DNA of 64,000 nucleotides from Lingula anatina. Its lineage: Eukaryota > Animalia > Brachiopoda. The notes below the pieces were generated by a model. It did no database searches, was not told the origin of the DNA, and was given only the letters and a program-made list of their open reading frames with translations. The stretch is from positions 9,114,001 through 9,178,000 of the forward strand of contig CM120642.1 of assembly GCA_051362555.1 (NCBI GenBank), written 5' to 3'. The position numbers were made by a program, and so were the translations under genes. Shown piece by piece: positions 27,983-39,282 of the stretch (positions are counted from its first letter, which is position 1; each line of letters starts with the position of its first letter).

Positions 27983-30900
27983 GTAGGAAAGTGGAATATT
28001 GAAGAACCAAAGTCCAACCCATTGCAGGGAGATTTGGGACTAGTATTAAAGGTGAGAGGATTAAGCATATAAAAGCACAAAAAAACTGAAGAGAATTTTT
28101 GCCAAAATACTAGGATTTTTAAGACGTAGTTACATTTCCAGAGATCAACTACTATCTGACAATTATTTCTTCATGCTTGTGCAATTCAGCTGAGCATTTT
28201 TCTCTTTTAAACATTCTCTAGTTGTATGCATGTTGTACCATTCTTAGATAACTGATATCCTTGTTCAAAAATAATTTTGTTAATACAGTAATTATGAGTA
28301 AAATTTTGTCTTTTTGTCTTTTCTAAATAAAACCCCATATTTTGGAAAAGATTTAAGAAGCATCTGTGCAATAAGAGCAAAGAACCAAACTGAACAGAAA
28401 GAATGTATACTATATTCTTCATTCCAGTCACGTGCCAAGCTTCATGCCATAGCTGCCAAGTTTACCAAGCCATTTGAGTTTACGGGTCAACAGCTGGTAG
28501 TGCAGTAAGTACTATTTATAATTACATATTCATGCTATATAATAATGATGATGATAAAAGATCTGTTCAATTTTTAACTGCTAAAAACCTAACAGTGATA
28601 ACCAATCTCATCAGATGCATTGAAATTAGTTTCAAGGTCAAATGTGATGCTCTTATAGGTTATAGATATAGTTGTGATAGTGCTGATGCCATAGCTATAT
28701 TCATTTAGTACACTTGAAAATAAATTTCCATTTAAATTGTATATGATCACCGTATCTTTGGTACGTTTGGTAACAATAATTTCCTTATACAAGCACAAAA
28801 TAATGAGGGTAATCTAATTGGACTTTGTGATATGAGTACAGTTTAATGTTTACCAAGCTGTTTTTAATCATTTATCAGTTATAGTATAAGGGAAAGAGAA
28901 CTTAATTATGCAAAATGATGCAGATAGGTTTTGTGATAAAAACACAAGTGTTACTTAGTTACGTGTCAGGAAAACATGGCACCTTCATATGCAGTTCTGT
29001 TATCAATAGGAAGTCACAATTCATGTGATAGTGAAGGTGTGTGTGTGTGGGTGGGGGGGGGGGGGGTGATTTTCAAAGCAAAATAAGAAGAAGAAATAGA
29101 AAGAATGAAAAGTCAAGAAAGAAACCCACAATAATGTTACTAATATTTTGGACAAATTGTCAGCGAATGAACAAAATATATACAAAGGATTTTAAGCATC
29201 TCAATTTCAATTTTAAAATTAGATATGAAGTGAAGTTCCAGGAAGGAATGGAGTGTGGTGGAGCCTATATCAAACTGTTATCTCATTCTAAAAACATGAA
29301 CCTGGTATGTAAACATTTTGTGTGTGGCTGAGAGTATTGGCACTTCTGCTTGGTGTTTTTAAAACTTGTTCAGTTTCTAAGTATTGCATTATTGAATTTA
29401 AATTTTGTTTGAATCAGTGTTAATGAAATAAATAAAATATTGATAAATAAAGCAGTTTTTTTTTTTGCACTGGCTAACATTTTGTATTTCCCAATAAGAT
29501 TAAATAAAATGGCATATGCATTGCACATGATATGTTGTTTAGAGATGTGTATATTCTTTCTCATTTGTTTTCAGAAAAAACTGAATGACAAGACCCCTTA
29601 CACCATCATGTTTGGCCCTGACAAGTGTGGAATGGACCACAAGCTACATTTTATTCTCAGACACACCAATAAAAAGTCAGGGCAGGCAGAGGTAAGAAAG
29701 ATATCAGAGAGATGAATGCACATGTTTTAGAGAATTTGACAGTTACAGATATGTAGAATGAAATTATGTCCAATATGATGCTTATTATGAGTTTCAGCAT
29801 GATATATTTCTCATTACTCTAAGCTCCTAGAAATTAGGTTATAATACCATCTTGCCAATTTTTTTGAAAACCAAGTTTATCACATATTTTGTAACAGGCT
29901 GTAATTTGCAGGTGTTGAAGTGAAATTTCTTTTACACAGTCCAGTTAGAATTGTGAAGAAAAGAAATACCAACTTGTGTTTTTAGAATTTAGGATATGTC
30001 TTTTCTTTTTAGGAAAAACATGCGAAAAAACCATCTGGCAGTTTGGATGGTTATTTCACAGATAAAAAGACTCATCTCTTCACTTTAGGTGGGTTAAGAT
30101 TGACATTTGCGAATTCATTTTTTAATGGGAAATAACAGGTCTTTTTACCACTTACACACTTTTGTTGGATTACTGATTGGACTTGGTAAATTAGAATAGG
30201 TTGTTCAAGAGCATTTGGAAAAATACATTTCCTCAAACAGGTTCTTTTAATACATTTTCGTCATTTAGCCTGTGATATATGAAGTGCATTGCCTTGACTG
30301 ACTTTTAAATTTGTTTCTCTCCAGTTATTGCGGATGACAATTCATTTGAGATCTATGTTGATCAAGAATTGGTTAATAGTGGTAATCTCCTGGAAGATAT
30401 GACGTAAGTTGCCTTATGTAGATAAATGTCTGTATTTATGTATAGCAGTAAAAAAGCTGTGCAAAAATATGAAATTTTTAGTCTTAAATAGAAATAAAGC
30501 TTTGCAATAGTTAAGAGATGTATCAATATTTGAATGACGTGTTACAGAAAATATTTGCAGCCAGCTAAAGGTGAAAGAAGACTTTTGTAAATCCTAAGTT
30601 CTTTGTCAGTGTTTGTGCTATTTTTCAGCCCACCAGTAAACCCACCTAAGGAAATTGAAGATAAGAATGATAAAAAGCCTGAAGACTGGGATGAAAGAGA
30701 AAAGTAAGTTTTTTGTGTAATATTTGCCACGAATTTACTAGTTTATATTTCACATTTTAGTTGGTTACAGTTGGTCACAACATGACAGAAAATGAAAAGG
30801 TACTCAAGGTTTTATTGGTTTAAAGTCTGAAGTATACCCTGTGCTTTTATGCAGCTGTATTATAAAACTTGCAAGGTTTGGTATAATATAGTTAACATTA

Positions 30901-33900
30901 AAATTTGAAACGTCATAAATTCAATCCTGATGCAATACACGTCATAATTTTCTCAGAATCCCAGATCCTGATGCTACCAAGCCAGATGACTGGGACGAGA
31001 CTCAACCAGAGACCATAGTAGATCCAGATGCCGCAAAACCAAGTGGTTGGTTGGATGACGAACCAGAGCTCATACCTGATCCAGAAGCAGAAAAACCTTC
31101 CGATTGGTAATTAGATTATTTATTTGCAATATAAATATGTAACCAGAATAGCTATATGAACGTGATATATAGTGGATCCCCCACCCCCCACGAATATTTT
31201 TAAAAAAGACTGTTTTGCAAGTCTGTGAATTTGAATTAAAATTGTTGCAGAGCAAACAAGCTATTGCTGCTATTGCAGGTCAAGCCATCTGCTGGGTAGA
31301 CCAGAGAGGCTGATAGTTATGCTATCACATATGACTTTCACTAGCATATGCAGTCTTTTTAAATCTGTCTCTGGTCTTAAATTACTTTCCACATATAGCA
31401 ACTCACTAGACATCCAGTATTAATATCATAAACTTCTCCTAGTGTATAAGGCAGTGTTGTAATTGATACTTGTTTAACAATATCAACATTGTACATTGCA
31501 GGGATGAGGACATGGACGGCGAGTGGGAAGCACCACAAATTAGTAAGACTTTCTTATTTGTGATTAAACATCATGAAAACTATTAAAGATCTAGAAGAAA
31601 TATTACTAAGTATTCTTTGTGGACATTTATACAGACATTTGTATCTGTCCTTGGTGTCTTATCAGGGGAGATAGTGGATGATGAATGATATCTACTAATG
31701 GAATCAAAATAACTAAATTTAATCACCATCTTTTAAAATAAAGATTAAATATTGTACAAATAAATTCTTGATAAGGTCCATACCTTAAAGAACAATGTAC
31801 TTAGTATTGTAATATTTTGCTTATTTAGATAGTGCTTGTTTTTATAGTTCCGTGGTGGTAATTTCAGGCAACCCCAAGTGTGAGGGTGCCCCAGGGTGCG
31901 GCAAGTGGACCCCACCCACCATCAAGAACCCCAAGTACAAGGGCAAGTGGTCTGCACCCAAGATTGACAATCCCAACTACAAGGTAAATGGTTATAAACT
32001 ATGTTAGATTATGTACCTTATGTTGAATGGAATGTTATCCAATATAATATTACAAGTTCAATCATTTTCTGTTTCATTTGACCATGTATTAAACAACCAT
32101 AAAATTCAGCAATCCTGAAAGAAAATGCCAAAGTTTATAAATGAGTACAAATGTTATAAACATGTAATGATGGAAGTTGTGTGTATCCTTTTTTTGCAGG
32201 GCAAGTGGAAACCAAGAATGATTCCAAACCCAGACTACTATGAAGATCTCACTCCATACAAAGTGACCCCATTTGTAAGTCCAGTATAGCATGATTCCTA
32301 CTTAAAAAATGTCAACTTCATCATGGGAGATATGACACTGCTTTATATATACAAGATCCAGTAAAAGTCTTCTGGATCAAATATATCTGGATATTCGGCT
32401 ATTGTAATTATGCCCCTTCCCCTCCTTCCCCCATACAGAGCTTCACACCTCAGTGCTTACATTTTTTAAGGCCACTTTCCTCTCTGTACAAAAGTACTGC
32501 AAATTACTTTCAAACAAGTCAGTGGTTGTTACTGTGAGATAAAAAAATTTGATGCATCAAACTGGAATTTCTATGCGTTTTTTAAACTTCTTTTTAATTT
32601 TTCAGTCGGCTGTAGCATTAGAGCTTTGGACAATGACAGAGGACATTTTGTTTGACAACTTCATCATCACAGACAGCAAAGCCACAGCAGACTCACTTGC
32701 TGAACAGACCTGGGCTTTGAAGAAGAAGGAGGAGGAGAAAAAAATTAACTCATCAGGAGTAAGATTGTGAAAAGAAATATTCATGATTTTATCATTTGAC
32801 TTCTTTTTTATTTTATTTTTTTATTAATTCTTTTTACTTTTAAGATTCATAAATAGCAGAAATTGAAAATTATAATGCTTTTAATTAGATATAAAATACT
32901 CAAGGCAAGTGGTAAATTTCCATTAACATTTCAGTTTGCAGTCTCTCTGCTAAAATATCCTTCAAGAAAGGAAAATGAAATCATATTCATTATATTGCAT
33001 TTGGAGTGTTGATTTTCAAAGTTTGTTAAAGATCGATAGTACATGTTTGAATTTTTTTCTTCTTTAGCTTATACATAAGCTTTATGGACAAGCATTTTCT
33101 TCAACTGATCCCTTTGTTTTCAGAAAAGTGTTATAGATGCAGTCATGGATGCTGCACAAGAGCGTCCCTGGCTCTGGGCCGTTATAGCCCTCGTAGTAAT
33201 CCTCCCTGTTGTCTTAATAGTAGCATATTGCTGTATGTCCTCTGATAAACCATCTCAGGTAAGAGGGCGAGACTGATTTGAGTCCTGTCAGCAGATGTGA
33301 GATTCAGTGGGGTCAAGGTCGTATCAAATGGATCATGGGATAGCTGGCCTACAAGTCTTCTGAATGGCTGGAAAATGTTGAAAAAAGGTTGCTTAAGATA
33401 AGCAAGCCAACACCATTTTCTGTCAAGCAGTTACCCCCACTGAGTTTCACCTTGCTGATGTTTTCATCATTTGTTTTTCAACTGTGTGTTTTCTTCTGTA
33501 GGTCGGCATATTCCGACAGTTAAAGGATGCTGCTGAGGAGCGTAAATGGCTGTGGGGTGTTTACGCATTTGTTATTCTCATGCCTGTAGTTGTTTTATCA
33601 GTTATTTGTTGTCCAAACAGAGGCCCTCTTAAGGTCAGTTTGGCCTTTGTTTATTTTATGTTATTTATCTTTTTTATTTAGTTCCTCTGAAATGAATTTA
33701 TCTATTTATTCAAAATTGCATTGAAAATTCTGATTTCATGGAGAATTTGAACTTGGAGAATTATTTGTGTCCAAATTTCTGTTGTCTGAACCTTTTAAAG
33801 TTTTAGTTTTCTTTAGTTGGTTGCATGATCTTTACTCACCAAGAGCAAAAGTAACAACAAGTAAAGTATATGAATCTGATTTGTTAGAATAAAGAAACCA

Positions 33901-36900
33901 TTGATTTTTTTCCACCAAGCTTGACATTTTATTTGAGAGGTTTTTGAGAAGTGAATGTTTCTTATCACTACAGTATGAAAGTGTTTCTTTTATCAGAAAA
34001 AGCATCAAGTAAAATTCCCTTTGAATGAAAATATGTGCAGATTGAATATATCATTTGGTATGCTTTAGGTTGATGACATTGCTGCTAGAAAAAAATTTGA
34101 TGATGAAAAGACAGAAGCAGAAGAAGAGAAAGAGGAGGAAAAAGCTGGAGAGGAAGAGAAAGCAGGTAACATTTCTGTTTTGAATTGATATGTTTTTTAA
34201 TTCTTGACAAGTAAATTAAGTAGTAAAAAAGGAAACAAGATTATTTTGCGCTTGCAAAAGCTTAATGCAAAGGAATTTTAAAGGATATCTTGAAAACAAC
34301 CAGCACATCCTTAAATTTTAAAGAATGCAGAGAGGTCTAGTTTTGAAAGTTGATATCTACAGAACAGTGTGATATTTTCTTAAAATAAAGTGATGTAAAT
34401 TGATTGATCTTAAATGTGCTGAATTAATGACAGTTAAGTTTGATTTTTAATTTTAAATTTATTTATTTTATTTTTATTTTATTTTTTATTTTTGAGACCA
34501 TTTATTAGGTTGTATTTTTTTGTATTGTAGAAGCTAGTGAAGAAAGCAAGGCAGGTGGAGATGCAGGAACAGGTGTGAGGAGAAGGACAAAGAAAAGTGA
34601 CCTAGAGGTAGAGGAGGAGGTGAGTTGTCTGTACATAGTCTGATCACCTCTGTTTATGTTGTACCTGACATCTAGCTTGACCAAATTTTACATTATATAT
34701 TCCAACATGTGTATTGACAGTGAAATTGATTTTTATGTACAGACACAGATGTGTCTGTACATATAGCCATCATCTGCGTCTGTCGTCGCCGTCGTCGCTG
34801 TCGTCGCCGCCGTCGCCGTCGCCGTGCACTTTTACCGATAACACGATAAGTGGAAAACCATTTTGCCTTTTGACTTGAAACTTGCAGAACTGATGAATAT
34901 TCATAATACGCAGGTCAAGTTCGAAAATCAGCATGATCGGGTCACTTTTAGGGAATTTATGCTGTTTTTTCACTTTTTTCAGCATATATGCAGCACCGAT
35001 AACACGATAAGTGGAAAACCATTTTACCTTTTGACTTGAAACTTACAGAACTGATGAATATTCATAATACGCAGGTCAAGTTCGAAAATCAGCATGATCG
35101 GGTCACTTTTAGGGAATTTATGCTGTTTTTTCACTTTTTTCAGCATGTATGCAGCACCGATAACATGATAAGTGGAAAACAATTTTACCTTTTGACTTGA
35201 AACTTACAGAACTGATGAATATTCATAATACGCAGGTCAAGTTCGAAAATCAGCATGATCGGGTCACTTATAGGTAATTTATGCTGTTTTTTCACTATTT
35301 TCAATATAAATGCAACACTGATAACACAATATAAGAAAAACGGATTGGCCAATTGTAATTATACTCACAGGAGTGGTCAATCTTACTAAAATGCAGGTTG
35401 AGTTCGAAAATAAGCATAATCGGGCCATTACTTAAGAAGTTATACTGATTTTTCACATTTCCTCAGATTCAATTATTAGGCATGTTAACAGTCTCATTAT
35501 TTAACTAATAAGATGCCTAAAAGTGTTTGTTTGATATTTCCTGCATCTTTACAACATTGTTAGTTGATTGTGTAAAAAACATGGTAAACTTGTTATCATG
35601 TATTGTGTAATAAAGTGTCAAAAATGGAAATAAACTCATATCATTGCAGTTTGTCATATTCAATCATCCACTATGTTCAGAATCTCAGAATGGAGGAAAT
35701 TGGACATTTAACACTGTTCTATTGATACTTTTCCCATCTCACCAATTTTCTTAGTTGGACATATAAAAATGGCAGTAAAATGTTTATATTGTTTTATGTT
35801 AAAAAAGTGTTAAAAATGGAAATAAACCCATTTCAGAACAGTGCTGTCTTGTTTACGTTTTGGCATTATCAAGGCGTGACTTTGAAGTTCCATGGGCCTG
35901 AAGACCTTTGCTAGTCACATTTTCTGAATATCTGTGATACAAATATTTTATAATAAAAAATTGATGGTCATTTAGCTGTTAAACATTATGTAATATTGCA
36001 TCAAAATTTGAAGAAACCCCTATTTTGGGCACTGCTTCCATGATGACCATTTAAGGAAAATCATGTCACTTACTGTTCTCAAACTTACAGGAAAGAAAAA
36101 TGGGACTAAAATACAGCTTCAGTAGGCAATGCAGTCTGTTTGGTATTTTTATGTACAGACACAGATGTGTCTGTACATATTGCCATCACCTGCGTCTGTC
36201 GTCGCCGATGGCGATGGCGATGCCGATGCCGATGCCGGCGCCGTGCACTTTCCTTGTAAACACGATAAGTGGAGGGCAGTTTTACTTTTTGGCTTTATAT
36301 TTACAGAGCTGATGAATATTCATAAAACGCAGGTCAAGTTCGAAAATCAGCATGATCGGGCCATTATTGTAGAAGTTATGCTGTTTTTTCACTTTTCAGC
36401 ATATTTTTCACATTTCCTCAGATTCAATTCTTAGGCATGTTAACAGTCTCATTATTAAACTAATAAGATACGTAAAAGTGTTTGTTTGACATTTCCTGCA
36501 TCTTTACAACATTGTTAGTTGATTTTGTAAAAATGATGGTAAACTTGTTATCGTATTGTGTAATAAAGTTTCAAAAATGGAAATAAACTCATATCATTGC
36601 AGTTTGTCAGATTGAATTATTCACTATGTTCAGAATCTCAGAATGGAAGAAATTGGACATTTAACACTGCTCTGTTGATATTTTTCCCATCTCATCAATT
36701 TTCTTAGTTGATAATATAAAAATGGCAGTTAACTGTTAATTTTGTTTTATGTTAAAAATTGTTAAAAATGGAAAAAAAAAACATTTCAGAACAGTGCTGT
36801 CTTGTTTACATTTTGGCATTTTCAAGTTGTGACTTTGAAGTTCCATGGGCCTAAAGACCTTTGCTAGTCACATTTTCTGAATATCCATGATACTAATATT

Positions 36901-38524
36901 TTATTATTAAAAATTGATGGTCAATATGCTGTTAAACGTTATGTAATATTGCATCAAAATTTGAAAAAAAACTATTTTGGGCACTGCTCCCATGATGACC
37001 ATTTAAGAAAAACCATGTAACTTACTGTTCTCAAACAGTACAGTAAATATGTACAGATGTGTCTGTACATATTGCCATCACCTGCGTCTGTCGTCGCCGT
37101 CATCGCTGTTGCCGGCACCTTGCACTTTCATTGTAAACACGATAAGTGGAAGGCAGTTTTACTTTTGGGCTTCATATTTAAAGAGCTGATGAATATTCAT
37201 AAAATGCAGGTCAAGTTCGAAAATCAGGATGATCGGGCCATTATTGTAGAAGTTATGCTTTTTTCTTTCACTTTTCAACATATATGCAACACTGTAAACA
37301 CATTTCAAGGAAAACCGATAGGCCTGTTGTCGTGAAACTCTCAGGAGTAATCGATCTTACTAAAACGGAGGTCAAGTTCGAAAATTGGCATGCAGCCTGA
37401 GTTGGAAAAGCAGTCTAATTGGCTTCTTTTTCTGGAAGTTATACATTTTCAAAGTGTGAACTTGAACTCTCATGGGCCTGAAGCCTTATGCTTGTTACAC
37501 ATTTTACTTTCATTGGTATTACCTGTTGAGCATAATTAAAATTTGATGTTGAATTTACAGTTTAACATAATGTACTTTTGCATCAGAATAAACAGTAGCC
37601 TATTTTGTGCATAGTTATTTCCTGCTTTTTGTCTGTACATTTGACAGCTTTGCTGCCTTGTTATTTATTTATTTATTTATTTTGACAGTTAAACAGTTTT
37701 TTGTGAAAATTTAATTTTTCACATATTGGCATTTTCAAGGTGTGACTTTAAAGTTCCATGATCTTGAAGACTTTTGCTTGTCACATTTTCTGAATGTCCA
37801 TGTTACTAATATTTTATTAATAACATTTGATTGTCATTATGCTGTTAAACATTATGTAATGTTGCATCAAAATTTGAAGAAACCCCTATTTTGGGCACTG
37901 CTCCTATGATGACCATTTAAGGGAAATCATGTCACTTACTGTTCTCAAACTTACAGGAAAGAAACATGGGTCTAACATACAGCTTCAATAGGCAACGCAG
38001 TCTGTTTGGTAAATTTTTCTGGCAATTTAACAGTTTTTTGTGAAAATTTAATTTTTCACTTATTTGCATCTTTATTTTCTGTTCTTTGTCTGTACATTTG
38101 ACAGCTTTGCTGCCTTGTTATTATTTAACAACAGCTTTATTATCTAAAAAATTGTCTCAGAACAAGGAAGGTGATGATGAAGAGGAAGAAGAAGAGGAAG
38201 CTAGTGAGTCACAAAGCAATAGTTCACCAAGGTAAGCATTTTTTATCATTTAGATGTACAGCTATTTCTTACAAATTGCAAATTAATTACAGTGATGTGT
38301 TATAATAGATAAAAAATAATAACGAAACAAAAGAAGTAACCATTTCTGTACAGTGTATACAAAATACTTGTGTAATGGGTCTCATATTTTTGACATAATT
38401 AATCAGAACTTTTTTCTCATTCATGAGTCTTTTAATATTTCTATTGGGGTGAAAAATTTAATTTAATCCTATGTTTTTGCTTTTCAGAAAATCTCCTAGG
38501 AAAAGAAAACCAAGAAAGGACTAG
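26392..38524 (+). CDS. CANX: Calnexin; exons 26392-26487, 26704-26783, 27206-27264, 27987-28051, 28428-28504, 29223-29304, 29575-29691, 30013-30088, 30325-30403, 30629-30703, 30957-31106, 31502-31542, 31868-31983, 32200-32274, 32606-32758, [33124-33258 or 33502-33633], 34069-34165, 34531-34619, 38161-38231, 38488-38524
   Basis: Signal peptide; lectin motifs [20 protein letters not shown] and [11 protein letters not shown]; P-domain repeats ([35 protein letters not shown]); ERPWLW-TM-CC; acidic tail ending [14 protein letters not shown]. Confidence 0.96.
27938..27981. repeat. (TTA)n microsatellite directly before a calnexin acceptor
   Basis: Direct reading; it abuts TGTAG|GAAAG at 27987. Confidence 0.9.
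33124..33258 (+). CDS. CANX: Calnexin transmembrane exon A
   Basis: 135 nt, phase 0-0, cag|...|gtaag. Encodes [45 protein letters not shown]. Confidence 0.9.
33502..33633 (+). CDS. CANX: Calnexin transmembrane exon B (paralogous alternative exon)
   Basis: 132 nt, phase 0-0, tag|...|gtcagt. Encodes [44 protein letters not shown]. Confidence 0.85.
34731..38119 (+). mobile_element. Helentron/HINE-like non-autonomous element, family B, with a nested family-B copy (36147-37662), in a calnexin intron
   Basis: 5' hairpin TATGTACAGACACA-G-ATGTGTCTGTACATA; (GTCGCC/GATGCC)n microsatellite; 161-bp tandem units (CAGGT at 34911, 35072, 35233, 35394); 3' subTIR TGTCTGTACAT followed by stem-loop GACAGC-TTT-GCTGCC and TTGTT. 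T-rich insertion site with no TSD. Confidence 0.8.
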
Positions 38525-39282
38525 GGTATAGCAGCAAGAAAATGTAGTTAGATAAGAATAAACAATTACCGTGATTTCAATCTTTTACAAACAGTGGGCA
38601 TCAATCAATTTTTACAACAAGTCTTGTATATACTACTACATGAATTGAGCTTGCTACTTTTGTTACTTTGAATTTTGTTAACTTTTTGTGTCTGTGTCTT
38701 GTGATTGTCAGACTGCTGAGGTTGGACTTTCTAAATGTTAATTATTACATATAACTGACTGTCATTGGGGAAATCAAAAATGACAAATCTTTTTGCTATC
38801 TTTGTTGATATTATTGTCCAAACCATTGAAAAAAAACCAAGGTGTATAGAAATTTAGTGTGTTTTCAATTTAATTAATTGTTAATGGAAAATAAAAATTG
38901 GAAAAAAAAAGGACATGGTTTTTCTAATTTAACTTTTCAGGCAGTGTGTTATTCGTATTGAGCCACTGTCACGTTATTATGTCCTCCTATATTTATACTA
39001 CTTACCTTTCCTTATTAAGATCTTAAAAGTCCTATAGAACCTCAAATAAAAGTAAATGTATTTCCTGAAATTTCAGGAAGATCATGGCAAGTCTAATGTC
39101 TGGTCAAATACTTTGAACTAAATAATTTAATTAGAAATTATATAAAATATTGATCATAAGTGTAAGAACTGGTTGAGCAGCGGTCCTTGAGTTGGGAAAA
39201 TTGGAAAGAGTTTTTACTTTGAAAAAAGGATTTATAAAAGTTAACCTGTCCTGAAATGATTTCTAATAATGACCTGAAGTAA

